In this document: positions 1-9,728 of the stretch, piece after piece
Position numbering within the stretch: position 1 is the stretch's first letter
Layout: the number at the start of each line of letters is the position of its first letter
Assembly (NCBI GenBank): GCA_963848165.1
Contig: CAWKCS010000020.1
Coordinates: forward strand, 41,180 to 105,179
Length of the DNA: 64,000 bases
Source: an uncultured delta proteobacterium
Lineage (GTDB): Bacteria > Desulfobacterota > Desulfobacteria > Desulfobacterales > B30-G6
Direction of reading: 5' to 3'
The notes under the pieces: generated by a model
What the model was told of the DNA's origin: nothing
The model's input: only the letters and a program-made list of their open reading frames with translations
The model's database searches: none
Translations under genes and position numbers: made by a program

Positions 1-1
1 T

Positions 2-1606
2 ATGTATCCCTGTTCCAGCATGGACTGCAGAGACAGAACCATGGCTGCTTCGCGGTCCATGACGTCTTCTTCGGAAGACCCGCTGATCGTCAACAGAACA
101 CGTGCCGGTGGACCCGCCGAGCCAGGAGGTAACCTGGTCCTGCAGCTGCAACACGCTGCTGTCACTCGGCCGGAAATTTTTGAGGTTGTCATCGAAGTGC
201 ACCTGAAAACCGGCGATCACCAGCCCACCTGTACACAGAGCGGTCAGTATCAGCGTCCGTTCAGGATGGCGCTTTATGGAAGTTAGCAATGGGGTCAGAA
301 AAAAGCCGGCCAGGGTTGCTTTCTTTTGGAACCGTCCGGTGGACGCGGTCCAGACAAGGCAGGCCGGCAGGAATACCAGCATGGCCAGGAGACAGAACAG
401 AATACCCGTCCCGGTTAAAATGCCGAGTTCCCTGAATCCTTTGAAATCAGAGAGTCCCACCGCATAAAAAGCCATGGCGGTGGTGAGACCGCCGATAAAT
501 ATTCCCATCCCCGCCTCCTTAAATGTGGTTTCCAGGCGTGACAGTTCGTCCAGACCAGCCATCTCCGGATCGAAAAATCGATTGACCACATGGATAGCGA
601 AATCGATGCCCAGTCCGATCAGGACACAGGCGAATAGGCAGGTCAGAATGTTGAGATGCTGAAACAGAATACCGGCAAACCCGATGGTCCAAAGAAGACT
701 CATGACCAGTGGTACAGTGACGAGGAGAAGAATCCCGGGGGTTCGAAATGATATGAAAAACAAAAGCATGACACAGACAAAGGAGGTGATCAGGGTGACC
801 TTGATATCCAGCCGGGTAATGGCTTCATCTTTGACGGCAATGGGGTAGCCGCCGGTGTGCCGAACATGGATGGCTGTTTCCGAAAAATCGAGATGCTCTG
901 AAACATCTTCCAACACCTGTTTTTCCATGGCAACGACTTCCCGCATCAATTTTTTGCTGAAAGCGATGTCCTGTGGGGGTTCTATGGGCGTCAGGAACAT
1001 GAAATAGGTGCGGTTGTTTTTTGTCCGGTACAGACCGGTTTCATTGAGTCCGCCTTTCTGGTGAAAAGGGATTTGAAGCGTTGAAAAAAACAGGTCTCCT
1101 ATACCCAGCGGGTCTTGGGTAAGCATCCGTTTGCCTGCCTGGCCCAGGGGCGTCATGAGGAGCTGCCGGTTTTCACGAATTTTTTGCTCGATATTCTCAC
1201 TTGCCAGATTTTCCGAGAGTTTTTCCATGTTTTCTGCTGTCAGGAGCAAGGGGATATAGGCAAAAAGAGTGTCGAACATGTTCAGGAGTTGCTCGGGGTC
1301 GCGTTGATAATCCACCTTGGAAATCATGGGGTTTTGAGCATATTGTTCAGCCAGGGTTTCCATGAATTCGGTGATGATATGCTCATCCAGCGTTTCATCC
1401 ACTGTAATGACCGATATCAAAAGCGATTGAAATCCGACCTCCTCGGTGATCTCAAAAAAGCGTTGAACTTCCGGGCGACCAGATGGTAGCAGGGAAAAAA
1501 GGCTCAGATTCAGCCTGAGCCGCAGGGCAGCCATGATCGATATGGCTGTGAGAACCAGCGCCATGATGATGATGGCCTTATGAAAGCGGTGGATGAATTG
1601 GGACAT
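2..1606 (-). CDS. MMPL/RND-superfamily membrane exporter; 3' end runs off the window; apparent frameshift around 113-118
   Basis: Absent from the supplied ORF track. Manual reverse-strand translation from the ATG at 1604-1606 is open to the window edge: MSQFIHRFHKAIIIMALVLTAISIMAALRL...HTGGYPIAVKDEAITRLDIKVTLITSFVCVMLLFF...CVLIGLGIDFAIHVVNRF...ILTGTGILFCLLAMLVFLPACLVW. It has TM bundles and an MMPL-type GxGxDFxIH motif. Only short ORFs exist on the plus strand here. Confidence 0.8.
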   Translation of the reverse strand, partial: MSQFIHRFHKAIIIMALVLTAISIMAALRLRLNLSLFSLLPSGRPEVQRFFEITEEVGFQSLLISVITVDETLDEHIITEFMETLAEQYAQNPMISKVDYQRDPEQLLNMFDTLFAYIPLLLTAENMEKLSENLASENIEQKIRENRQLLMTPLGQAGKRMLTQDPLGIGDLFFSTLQIPFHQKGGLNETGLYRTKNNRTYFMFLTPIEPPQDIAFSKKLMREVVAMEKQVLEDVSEHLDFSETAIHVRHTGGYPIAVKDEAITRLDIKVTLITSFVCVMLLFFISFRTPGILLLVTVPLVMSLLWTIGFAGILFQHLNILTCLFACVLIGLGIDFAIHVVNRFFDPEMAGLDELSRLETTFKEAGMGIFIGGLTTAMAFYAVGLSDFKGFRELGILTGTGILFCLLAMLVFLPACLVWTASTGRFQKKATLAGFFLTPLLTSIKRHPERTLILTALCTGGLVIAGFQVHFDDNLKNFRPSDSSVLQLQDQVTSWLGGSTGTCSVDDQRVFRRRRHGPRSSHGSVSAVHAGTGIH

Positions 1607-1684
1607 GGTCGTCGGGACTCGGCAAACATCATTTTTGAAAGACATCTGATATATACACTGATTTTGTGGGAAAGTAAAAAGAAA

Positions 1685-1720
1685 GGGTTGGAGGGTTGGA
1701 GGATTGAAGGGTTGGAGGGG
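1685..1720. repeat. G-rich GGGTTGGAGG-unit tract
   Basis: GGGTTGGAGGGTTGGAGGATTGAAGGGTTGGAGGGG. A C-rich inverse copy lies at 1854-1880 (CCCTCCACCCTCAAACCTCCAACCCTT), and an AGCT hairpin at 1726-1781 lies between them. Confidence 0.8.
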
Positions 1721-1831
1721 AAGCCCTTAAGCTTTTAGTTCTTTGTCAGAGAAGATCAGGAGCAAACAGCTAAAAGCTAACACCGTATGGGTTTATAGGA
1801 ATGTGTAGTCTGTAATACACGAAACTGTATT

Positions 1832-2416
1832 TCAAAAAACCTTTTTTTGGTTACCCTCCACCCTCAAACCTCCAACCCTTTCTGTCTTGTTCCCTCGGTT
1901 TTTAGACCTTCTAAAATGTTTGGTCAACAATTCCCAGCTCTTCAGAATAACCTCCCCCAACCCAAAGAGGATGCCGCATCCAATGACGCTTCCCAGGATC
2001 AGAAGCAGATAGACCCTTGTCTTTGGAATCTGCAGGAGTTTGGATAAGATAAAACCGCTCAGAATTCCGCAGCCTTTCAAGGGCAGGCTGGTAATCACGA
2101 TCACACCGGGTATCCCCAAAGCCTGAACCCATTGGAAGAGACGGGATTTCCGCCTTCTGGCTTCCTTTTGCTTTCTTCCTGTGGATAATTTCTGAATAAA
2201 TGTGCTGTTGGAGATACTCCCATACAGGTGATAAAAAATAGGTATTTGAAGCGTGTCGAGCAGGACGGCAACCGGTAGCAGAAACGAGATTTTGTGACCT
2301 ATCAACTGGGCGCTGAGCAATGCGATGGGGCGTCCTCCCAGGTAATAGAGGGGTATAAAGTAGATAACAAAATGTTCTGTAAGACTGTCTTTAAGGAATA
2401 AAATGAGTTCGCTCAT
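1832..2416 (-). CDS. small integral membrane protein (possibly small multidrug-export-like family)
   Basis: 194-aa ORF with 4-5 hydrophobic helices and a basic loop KQKEARRRKSR. It lies between the MMPL and ATP-grasp genes on the same strand. The family guess is weak. Confidence 0.45.
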   Translation of the reverse strand: MSELILFLKDSLTEHFVIYFIPLYYLGGRPIALLSAQLIGHKISFLLPVAVLLDTLQIPIFYHLYGSISNSTFIQKLSTGRKQKEARRRKSRLFQWVQALGIPGVIVITSLPLKGCGILSGFILSKLLQIPKTRVYLLLILGSVIGCGILFGLGEVILKSWELLTKHFRRSKNRGNKTERVGGLRVEGNQKKVF

Positions 2417-2438
2417 AACGTTTCTGTTTCATGGAAAA

Positions 2439-3635
2439 TTAGGGGTTCAAACTACTTCGAGTCTTCAGTCGTGCTTTCATGTCTGCATCGTATAAAAAGG
2501 TCAAAGGTGAAAGAATTTTGATGAAAGCAGGAACCGGATCCTTTGCCGACAGAATGTCGTAAAAGGTGTCCCGGGTATTGAAACGGAAAAAATCAGTCAT
2601 GATCCGGCTTCGATCCGGGTTGAATATGAAGTGAAACATATCACCCGGAATCAGCCATCTGCAGGTAATACCGAGACGATACTTTTCAACCGGATCGAAG
2701 CGTTCCCCCATGGCCATTTTGTGCAGGAGGAGTGGAAAATTGACACCCGCATGAACGGCCAGGGACAGCGAGCCCCAGAATCTCGGATTTATTTCCATCA
2801 GTTTGGGCAAACCATCCCGGGGATCGACCTTGAATTCAACCATGGCCACCCCGAACCATCCGATCTTTTCGAGGAGCGCTCGCGCCATGTCATAAATGTC
2901 GTCGTGTCGTATGCTGACACGCAGGGTGCTGGCGCCACCTGTGACCGGATATTCCCGTAGTCGTTTATGGACGAATCCGGCTTTTAAGCAGGATTGTTCA
3001 TCAAACAGAAAAGATGCGCCGTATCCGCTGCCCTCTCTTGGAATGAACTCCTGGATCATGGGAAATGGAAACTGCAGATGAATTTTCTGATATATTTCCT
3101 TGAGTTCCTGCCGGTTCTTTGGATAGGCCACACCCACAGCGCCTGAACTGATTTGGGGCTTGATGACCACAGGATACGGAAGTAGATCTGCGATGTCATC
3201 GAGTTGAGAGAGGTCCTGAATATGCCAGGTTTGTGGAACCGGTATACCCATTTGTTCAGCCAGGCGGATGACATTGGCTTTGTTACGTACCCGTTTGAAT
3301 GTGTTCCTGGGAGGTAGCGGAAGATAGGTCAACCGTGAAAACGTGTCCAGATGGCCGGACAAAAGGTAGGCAGTGTCTTCCTCCATGGGCAGCAGCATTC
3401 GAAAGGGATTTTTTGCCAGCAGATCATGTATGAATTCCAGAAAGTTATGTGGTGACGACCGCGGGGAGGGATAGACGATCCCTTTATGGCAGTACCTGGA
3501 AAAGGCGGCCATGGACAACCACGTGCTTTCGCCGACAGTTACCTGAATGCGGTTTTGTCCCAAAGCCCTTACGGCTGCAAGGGTTTTGCGCCAGTGCCCA
3601 TCCGTCACAAATACATCAGAATAGGTATTTACCAT
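2439..3635 (-). CDS. ATP-grasp domain enzyme (carboxylate-amine/thiol ligase type)
   Basis: 398 aa with ATP-grasp signature blocks: PVVIKPQISSGAVGVAY, MIQEFIPREGSGYG, VAMVEFKVDPRDGLPKLMEINPRFWGS. Confidence 0.7.
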   Translation of the reverse strand: MVNTYSDVFVTDGHWRKTLAAVRALGQNRIQVTVGESTWLSMAAFSRYCHKGIVYPSPRSSPHNFLEFIHDLLAKNPFRMLLPMEEDTAYLLSGHLDTFSRLTYLPLPPRNTFKRVRNKANVIRLAEQMGIPVPQTWHIQDLSQLDDIADLLPYPVVIKPQISSGAVGVAYPKNRQELKEIYQKIHLQFPFPMIQEFIPREGSGYGASFLFDEQSCLKAGFVHKRLREYPVTGGASTLRVSIRHDDIYDMARALLEKIGWFGVAMVEFKVDPRDGLPKLMEINPRFWGSLSLAVHAGVNFPLLLHKMAMGERFDPVEKYRLGITCRWLIPGDMFHFIFNPDRSRIMTDFFRFNTRDTFYDILSAKDPVPAFIKILSPLTFLYDADMKARLKTRSSLNP

Positions 3636-3715
3636 TCCAGAAGAATACTGTAGGTTGTCTCAAATGTAAACAGGATTGCTGCTGCAATCCTGTGTGACGC
3701 GGCTTTGCCGCTAAT

Positions 3716-3826
3716 TAACGTTCAATTTCCCGCAGCTTGCAGCGCGGGATGAACCGAAAAAGCGAGCGCATTTCCCGTAGGTTCTGCCGTTCGGCAGTGC
3801 ATCGCATGCTGCGGGGTTCTTCAAGA
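3716..3826. repeat. dispersed intergenic element, 'CTCGCAGCAAGC...CGGCAGAACCTACGGGAA' family (inverted orientation)
   Basis: The reverse complement reads TTGAAGAACCCCGCAGCATGCGATGCACTGCCGAACGGCAGAACCTACGGGAAATGCGCTCGCTTTTTCGGTTCA, which aligns with 8574-8660. Confidence 0.8.
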
Positions 3827-3833
3827 GGTTGCT

Positions 3834-4862
3834 TTGAAAGACAGAATTTGTGTAATCATACCTGCCTACAACGTTGCAGACACCATTGGCGATGTGGTTA
3901 AGGGGGCTTTTCAGCATGTGCGGATGGTCATGGTAGCAGACGATGGCTCCGGGGACGGCACAGGGGAACATGCGCTATCGGCAGGGGCAAACGTCATTTT
4001 CATCGACAGGAACCGGGGCAAGGGCAATGCGCTCAAAGTGTTGTTCAAGGAAGCTGCCAAGCAGGGTTATACGGCCGTGATCAGCATGGATGGCGATGGA
4101 CAGCACAACCCGGATGAAATACCCAGACTGATGCATGCCCACAAAGAGAACCCGGAAAACATCATTGTCGGGTCGCGTATGCACTCCAGAGAAAATATTC
4201 CCAGAGCACGTTACAATTCCATGCATGTGGCACGGTTTTTTATCTCCCTGGCAGCCAACCGGTTTATCGAGGATACCCAGTGTGGTTACCGGGTGTACCC
4301 GCTGGCGTTGATTCAGCGCATGGCCTTGACCCAGGAAAAATATGTTACCGAATCGGAGATCCTTATAAAGGCCGGAGATATGGGGGTAGCTATCGATTTT
4401 GTTCGGATCGGTGCTATTTATGGTGAGATTCACAGCCATTTCAGACCGGTGTTGGATGTCTCCGCCATTACCGCCTACATTATTTCCTATTTTCCGCTCA
4501 AGTTTTTTACCGAGGCGGTTATTCCAGGAAAATCCTACACCTATACCAAGGGAAACCTTCGGGATTGGATTGCCCGGCATAAGCTCCTTGATAACCAATT
4601 CAAAGTGATAACGGCTGTCATCGGCATACCCATGACGGTCATCTGTCTTATGGCGTACCATGGCCTGTCCATCCTGCTGGGCGATAATTTTTCATCCGTG
4701 CGAATGCTGGGACATGGTTATTATAAAATCACGCTGGCGGCCCTTCTTCTGCCGGTGATCCTAGTGACCATTATCTTTGAAAAACTGTTCAGTTATATCG
4801 GTATCAAGTTACGGCTTGTGGATGGAATTATCCAAAAATTTTATCCGCATTTGTGGGAATAA
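3834..4862 (+). CDS. family 2 glycosyltransferase with C-terminal TM helices
   Basis: TTG start. GT-A fold motifs VIIPAYNV, VADDGSGDGT and SMDGDGQHNP, followed by hydrophobic C-terminal segments. Confidence 0.8.
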   Translation: MKDRICVIIPAYNVADTIGDVVKGAFQHVRMVMVADDGSGDGTGEHALSAGANVIFIDRNRGKGNALKVLFKEAAKQGYTAVISMDGDGQHNPDEIPRLMHAHKENPENIIVGSRMHSRENIPRARYNSMHVARFFISLAANRFIEDTQCGYRVYPLALIQRMALTQEKYVTESEILIKAGDMGVAIDFVRIGAIYGEIHSHFRPVLDVSAITAYIISYFPLKFFTEAVIPGKSYTYTKGNLRDWIARHKLLDNQFKVITAVIGIPMTVICLMAYHGLSILLGDNFSSVRMLGHGYYKITLAALLLPVILVTIIFEKLFSYIGIKLRLVDGIIQKFYPHLWE

Positions 4863-5098
4863 ACAGCATAAAAGTCCCTCAGCCTGCCCAAACCGGGAAG
4901 ACATCCAGAGGGAAAGATACAATTATTCTTGAATAAAGACAATGTGTTTGCTAAGGTCCATGACTCATGTATACGATCTGTTTCGAAATATCGTGATGTT
5001 CAAGAGGCGGTATCAGGCAAAACGTTTGGGACGTATTCATCGAGATGTGGTGTGGAACCGGTATTGTTGTGTTGACATGAACCTGAGTGAGGTAGAAA

Positions 5099-5407
5099 TT
5101 GGAAGACATCATTAACGATTCGGCTAAATTAAGCGATTTTTTGAAAGAAATGATTATCGACACACTCAAGCTGGAAGATGTTTCAGCTGAGGAGATTGAT
5201 GATGATGCGCCTCTTTTTAAGGAGGGCCTGGGTCTTGATTCCATCGATGCCCTGGAACTCGTGGTGGCCATCGAAAAAGTTTTCAATGTGATTATAGAAG
5301 ATGAAGACGTGGGCAAAGAAGCTTTCGGCTCCATCAGGATCCTGGCCGGGTTCATCCAAAGAGAATTCACCGGGACGGGCAAGAACATCATACGTGCTGC
5401 CGGATAA
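5099..5407 (+). CDS. acyl carrier protein
   Basis: About 100 aa, acidic, with the phosphopantetheine attachment motif GLGLDSIDALELVVAIE. TTG start. Confidence 0.85.
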   Translation: MEDIINDSAKLSDFLKEMIIDTLKLEDVSAEEIDDDAPLFKEGLGLDSIDALELVVAIEKVFNVIIEDEDVGKEAFGSIRILAGFIQREFTGTGKNIIRAAG

Positions 5408-5408
5408 C

Positions 5409-5879
5409 ATGATGTGCTGGTTTGAAGTTGAAGAAAAGGTTCGTTTCAACGAAGTCGATGAGTGGGGCATGGTATGGTATGGGAATTACATGGCCTGGTT
5501 TGAAATCGGTCGCATGGCCCTGCTGAAAAAATTTGATCTTCTCCCCAGACAGATGGTTGAACTCGGATATGTTGCACCGGTGGTCAACTTGAACTGCGAT
5601 TACAAGCAATCCGCCAGGACCGGTGATACGGTCGTCATCAGAACAACCGTGCTGAAACCGGAAATTGCCGCGTTGATTTTCAAGTTTGAAATTTTGCATA
5701 AGGACAGTCGAGAACTGCTTGCCAAAGGAGAGACAACCCAGGTCTTGCTGACGACGGATCAGAAAATGATATACCGGCTCAGTGGCAAACTTGAACAACG
5801 GATTGCGGTTCTGTTGAACTATTGTGCGCAGGGCAGCAAGAAATTATTACAACGTAATCGACATACTGTGAGCTCTTAG
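5409..5879 (+). CDS. 4HBT/YbgC-type acyl-(ACP/CoA) thioesterase (hotdog fold)
   Basis: The ATG at 5409 lies 1 nt after the ACP stop. The N-terminus VRFNEVDEWGMVWYGNYMAWFEIGR is typical of 4-hydroxybenzoyl-CoA-thioesterase-like proteins. The part of the track ORF upstream of 5409 overlaps the ACP gene and is not used. Confidence 0.7.
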   Translation: MMCWFEVEEKVRFNEVDEWGMVWYGNYMAWFEIGRMALLKKFDLLPRQMVELGYVAPVVNLNCDYKQSARTGDTVVIRTTVLKPEIAALIFKFEILHKDSRELLAKGETTQVLLTTDQKMIYRLSGKLEQRIAVLLNYCAQGSKKLLQRNRHTVSS

Positions 5880-5965
5880 CTCTAAGCCTAAGCAGCCAAG
5901 CTGCCAAGAGCTAAAAGCTTATCGCTTATCCCCTTGAACCCTGATCTTATTTCTCTCAACGCCCA
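5870..5965. repeat. composite spacer (AGCT palindrome plus C-rich tail) between the thioesterase and KS genes
   Basis: AGCTCTTAGCTCTAAGCCTAAGCAGCCAAGCTGCCAAGAGCTAAAAGCTTATCGCTTATC followed by CCCTTGAACCCTGA...CAACGCCCAAACCC. Confidence 0.75.
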
Positions 5966-5971
5966 AACCCT

Positions 5972-7204
5972 ATGAAATCTGAAAATGAAAGACGCGTGGT
6001 CATTACCGGTGCCGGGATCATCGCTGCCATCGGACAGACCATGCCTGAGTTCCGCTCAAATCTTTTCCAGGGTGTGTGCGGCATCAAGGAGATTGGTCTT
6101 TTCGACACAAGCGGATACACCTGCAGGCTGGGGGGGCAGATCGACGGGGGCAACTTAAAGAAACGGCTGCCGCCGCGACAAACCAAGCGGATCTCTCGTT
6201 GTGACCTGTTGGGCCTGATTGCCGCAAAAGAGGCTGTCCTGAGCTCCCGAATCGATTTCGAGCAGACAGATACGGAACGAACGGGTGTTGTCATGGGCGG
6301 CGGGGCCGGTGGCATGCTTTCCTGGGAAACCTTTCGGCGTGACCTGTGGCAGGGTCGTCAAAACAACAATGCCTCGCGTGTCCTGGCGTCAGCCCCATGC
6401 ACACTGACCGATCTCATTGCCAATCACTATGGCATCAGTGGTATCCGATCCACCATTACAACCGCCTGCTCATCCAGTGCAAATGCCATCGGATACGGTT
6501 ATGACCTGATTCGATCCGGAGATGTCGACGTGGTCGTTACCGGTGGAAGCGAGGCGCTTTCAGAACTCACATTTGCCGGATTCAATTCCCTGAAAGTGAT
6601 GTCACCGGAGCCTTGTCGACCGTTTGACAAGCATCGCCGCGGTCTTTCCCTGGGAGAGGGCGCCGGGATCATCATTCTCGAGGAATACACACACGCAATC
6701 GAGAGGGGCGCAGCAATGTTGGCTGAGATGGCGGGGTATGCAGTGAATGCCGATGCCTATCATATGACGTCTCCCGACCCGGAAGGTCTGGGTATGTTCC
6801 GCGTCATGTCCAGTGCGCTTGAGCGCGCCGGTATTGAAACGGAAAGGGTGGATTATATCAATGCCCACGGTACGGCAACAAAGATCAACGATCACATGGA
6901 GACCCAGGCCATTCAACGGCTGTTTGGAAAAAAAGACCTGGCACGCATAACCGTCAGTTCCACCAAATCCATGGTGGGTCACTGCCTGGGGGCTTCCGGC
7001 GCGATTGAGGCTATTGCCACGATACTGGCACTGAACCGGCAGGCAGCACCCCCCACGATACACCTGGATGAACCGGATCCCCTTTGCAATCTAAACCACG
7101 TGGCGCATATATTTCGTAAGCAGAAAATCCATGTCGCCCTGAGCAATTCTTTTGCCTTTGGGGGTAACAATACGTCGTTGGTATTTAAACAGGCAGAAAC
7201 ATAG
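5972..7204 (+). CDS. beta-ketoacyl-ACP synthase (FabF/KS II-like)
   Basis: 410 aa with active-site Cys block ITTACSSSANAIGYG, His blocks INAHGTATKIND and KSMVGHCLGASG, and C-terminal SFAFGGNN. Confidence 0.9.
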   Translation: MKSENERRVVITGAGIIAAIGQTMPEFRSNLFQGVCGIKEIGLFDTSGYTCRLGGQIDGGNLKKRLPPRQTKRISRCDLLGLIAAKEAVLSSRIDFEQTDTERTGVVMGGGAGGMLSWETFRRDLWQGRQNNNASRVLASAPCTLTDLIANHYGISGIRSTITTACSSSANAIGYGYDLIRSGDVDVVVTGGSEALSELTFAGFNSLKVMSPEPCRPFDKHRRGLSLGEGAGIIILEEYTHAIERGAAMLAEMAGYAVNADAYHMTSPDPEGLGMFRVMSSALERAGIETERVDYINAHGTATKINDHMETQAIQRLFGKKDLARITVSSTKSMVGHCLGASGAIEAIATILALNRQAAPPTIHLDEPDPLCNLNHVAHIFRKQKIHVALSNSFAFGGNNTSLVFKQAET

Positions 7205-7288
7205 GGAGTTGAGCGGGGATAAGCTCGTATGAGCCAGTAAGCTGGTAAGCTAATTAGTCGGCTTACAGCTTATAGCTTAGAGCTAAAG
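7205..7288. repeat. composite spacer (G-rich head plus AGCT palindrome) between the KS and CLF-like genes
   Basis: GGGAGTTGAGCGGGGATAAGCTCGTATGAGCCAGTAAGCTGGTAAGCTAATTAGTCGGCTTACAGCTTATAGCTTAGAGCT. Confidence 0.7.
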
Positions 7289-7300
7289 GACTAATAATAG

Positions 7301-8519
7301 ATGACAGCCATCAGTATCACAGGCATCGGCGTGATCAGTTCTCTGGGTGTCGGCCGGGAGGCTTTCTGGGAGGGGTGCCTGGCGGCGCGGTCCGGCGTCA
7401 GGCAGATCACCACATTCAATACAGAGCCGTACAGCACGAACGTGGCGGCATGTGTCGTTGATTTCAAGCCGGCCAAATTCATGTCACCCATGACCTACCG
7501 TCGGATGAGCCGTATTTCGAGAATGGCTGTTGCCGCCAGCATCGAGGCTGTCCAGGACAGCGGACTTTGCCTGGACAGAATGAACAGGGAGCGGGTGGCC
7601 GTGGTCATGGGGACGTCCTATGGCAGCAGTTCCCATGTGGACGGATTTTATCGCAGCCTGCTGGCGGACGGACCGCGGGGTGCGCAACCCCTGCTCTTTC
7701 CTGAAACGGTTCCCAATGCGCCCGCCAGCCATATTTCGATTTACCATAATATCCAGGGACCAAACGCCACTTTTTGCCAGAATGAAATTTCAGCCGAAAC
7801 AGGCATGGCTTATGCCAGGTCCCTTTTGGATGGCAACATCGTGGATGTGGTCCTGGTAGGTGGCGCCGAGGAGCTGTCGGAAATTCTCTTTGGATGTTAC
7901 GATGCCGTTGGTGGGCTGAATAAGATATGGGTGAACGGGGGAGAGGACATCCAAGCAAAACCCGGTGGCGGGTTAATCCTGGGGGAAGGTGCGGCCGTGC
8001 TCGTCATGGAAAGAAAAGAATCCGCCAGGCAGAGAGGCGCAAAAATTTATGGCAATCTGGTGGCAGATGTCATTGCGGGAGGTGTTTCCGCCATGGGTCA
8101 CTATGCAACACAAGGGCAACCGATAGCCAGGGCTATTGTCCATTCCATGGAAAAAGCCGGAATTCAACCGGGCAGCATCGACCATGTCAGTGTATCGGCC
8201 AATTACGCCAAAGAACTGGACCTCATGGAGTTTGAGCAGGTTGCAAAATGTTTTCAGTCGTTCGGATAGGGAGTTGTGGGTATCACCGTTAAAATACCTG
8301 ATAGGCGATTTCGGTGCTGCAGGAACCACACGTGCTGCCGCCGTTCTGCTCAGCCTGCATCACCAGGTTTCCTTGCCGGAGATTTCCATCTCCGGCTTGA
8401 TAAAAAAACAAGAAAAACCGCTTGCATGGACGTCCCCCCAAAACAGGAAAATCGACAGGGCCTTGATGACCAGCACCACCTTCGGGGGGGGGACAGCCAG
8501 TATCATCTTTTCAAGGTAG
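7301..8519 (+). CDS. KS-like, chain-length-factor-type partner lacking the catalytic His residues; apparent frameshift at the A-run 8245-8248
   Basis: ORF 7301-8269 has a KS fold (GPNATFCQNEISAETG) but reads SANYAKE where a KS has AHGT. The C-terminus continues in ORF 8136-8519 (SDRELWVSPLKYLIGDFGAAG...TTFGGGTASIIFSR), with GD where a KS has GH. Removing one A from the run AAAA joins the two frames. Confidence 0.7.
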
Positions 8520-8573
8520 ACCGCCACCAGTGGGTAGAATATTTATTCTGTATCGAAAACCTGGTCTTCATTT

Positions 8574-8699
8574 TTCAATTGAAGAACCTCGCAGCAAGCT
8601 ACGAGGAATGTTCTGCCGTGCGGCAGAACCTACGGGAATGCCTCGCTTTTCGGTTCAAAATTCGATGTTGGACGTTCGATGTTCGATGTCATTCGTTCT
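8574..8699. repeat. dispersed intergenic element, same family as 3716-3826, with a TTCGATGTTGGACGTTCGATG tail
   Basis: CAATTGAAGAACCTCGCAGCAAGCTACGAGGAATGTTCTGCCGTGCGGCAGAACCTACGGGAATGCCTCGCTTTTCGGTTCAAAATTCGATGTTGGACGTTCGATGTTCGATG. It overlaps the 3' end of the OppF-like CDS. Confidence 0.85.
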
Positions 8700-9724
8700 C
8701 CAAACCGTTCGTTCACCAGCGTTTCAATGTCGGCCTGTCGATGGCAGGCTACCTTATGACCATATCCGATATCTTCCAGGACCGGGTCCTGATTTCGGCA
8801 CAGATCCATAACAAACGGGCAACGGGTATGAAAACGGCATCCTGCCGGCGGATTCAAGGGACTGGGCACATCACCGGATAGAACGATTCGTTTTTGCTTG
8901 TGTTCTACATCGGGAACGGGAATCCCCGAGAGCAGCGCATGGGTGTATGGGTGGCGTGGATGGCTGAAAATGTCGCCTGTTTTAGCAATTTCCACAACTT
9001 TCCCGAGATACATGACAGCCAGCCGATGGCTGATGTATTTAACCACCAGAAGATGGTGGGTCACAAACAGATAGGTTAAGTTGAGTTTCAGTTGCAGGCC
9101 ATGCAGGAGGTTGAGTATCTGGGCCTGGACCGACACATCCAGGGCGGAGGTCGGCTCATCGAGAACCAGAAAATCCGGATTTGTGGCGATGGCGCGCGCT
9201 ACGGCGATACGCTGTCGTTGTCCCCCTGAGAATTCATGGGGGTAACGGAGGTAATGATCTTTTGTCAGACCGACCAGGTTCAACAGGTCCATCACGCGAT
9301 CTTCCAGAGCACGACCGCGAAAAAGGCGCTGTGCTTTCAATGGCTCGGCAATGATGTTTTTTATCAGCATACGGGGATTCAATGACGTGGTGGGGTCCTG
9401 AAACACCATTTGCAGTTTGCTGCGGATCCCCAGCTGTTTCAATGATTTTAGCGGAATCTTGGCGATGTCGGTCCCGGAGGTGGTATCCCCCTCTGACGGA
9501 TAATAAACAATTTGACCCTCCGTGGGCTTGTGCAGCCGGACAATGGCTTTGCCGGTGGTGGTTTTGCCGCAACCCGATTCTCCCACGAGACCCAGGCATT
9601 CGCCCCTGTATATATCAAGGTCAACGCCGTCCAGAGCCTTGACGGCATCCACCTTTCTTCGAAGCACACCACCAAATACAGGATAATGTTTTTTCAGATT
9701 TTTCAGTTCAATAATTTTTTGCAT
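8630..9724 (-). CDS. peptide ABC transporter ATP-binding protein (OppF/DppF-like)
   Basis: Walker A GESGCGKTT, signature FSGGQRQR, Walker B LVLDEPTSALD and the oligopeptide C-terminal domain CRFHTRCP. The last ~23 codons are encoded by a dispersed repeat element. Confidence 0.85.
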   Translation of the reverse strand: MQKIIELKNLKKHYPVFGGVLRRKVDAVKALDGVDLDIYRGECLGLVGESGCGKTTTGKAIVRLHKPTEGQIVYYPSEGDTTSGTDIAKIPLKSLKQLGIRSKLQMVFQDPTTSLNPRMLIKNIIAEPLKAQRLFRGRALEDRVMDLLNLVGLTKDHYLRYPHEFSGGQRQRIAVARAIATNPDFLVLDEPTSALDVSVQAQILNLLHGLQLKLNLTYLFVTHHLLVVKYISHRLAVMYLGKVVEIAKTGDIFSHPRHPYTHALLSGIPVPDVEHKQKRIVLSGDVPSPLNPPAGCRFHTRCPFVMDLCRNQDPVLEDIGYGHKVACHRQADIETLVNERFGERMTSNIERPTSNFEPKSEAFP

Positions 9725-9728
9725 GGTA

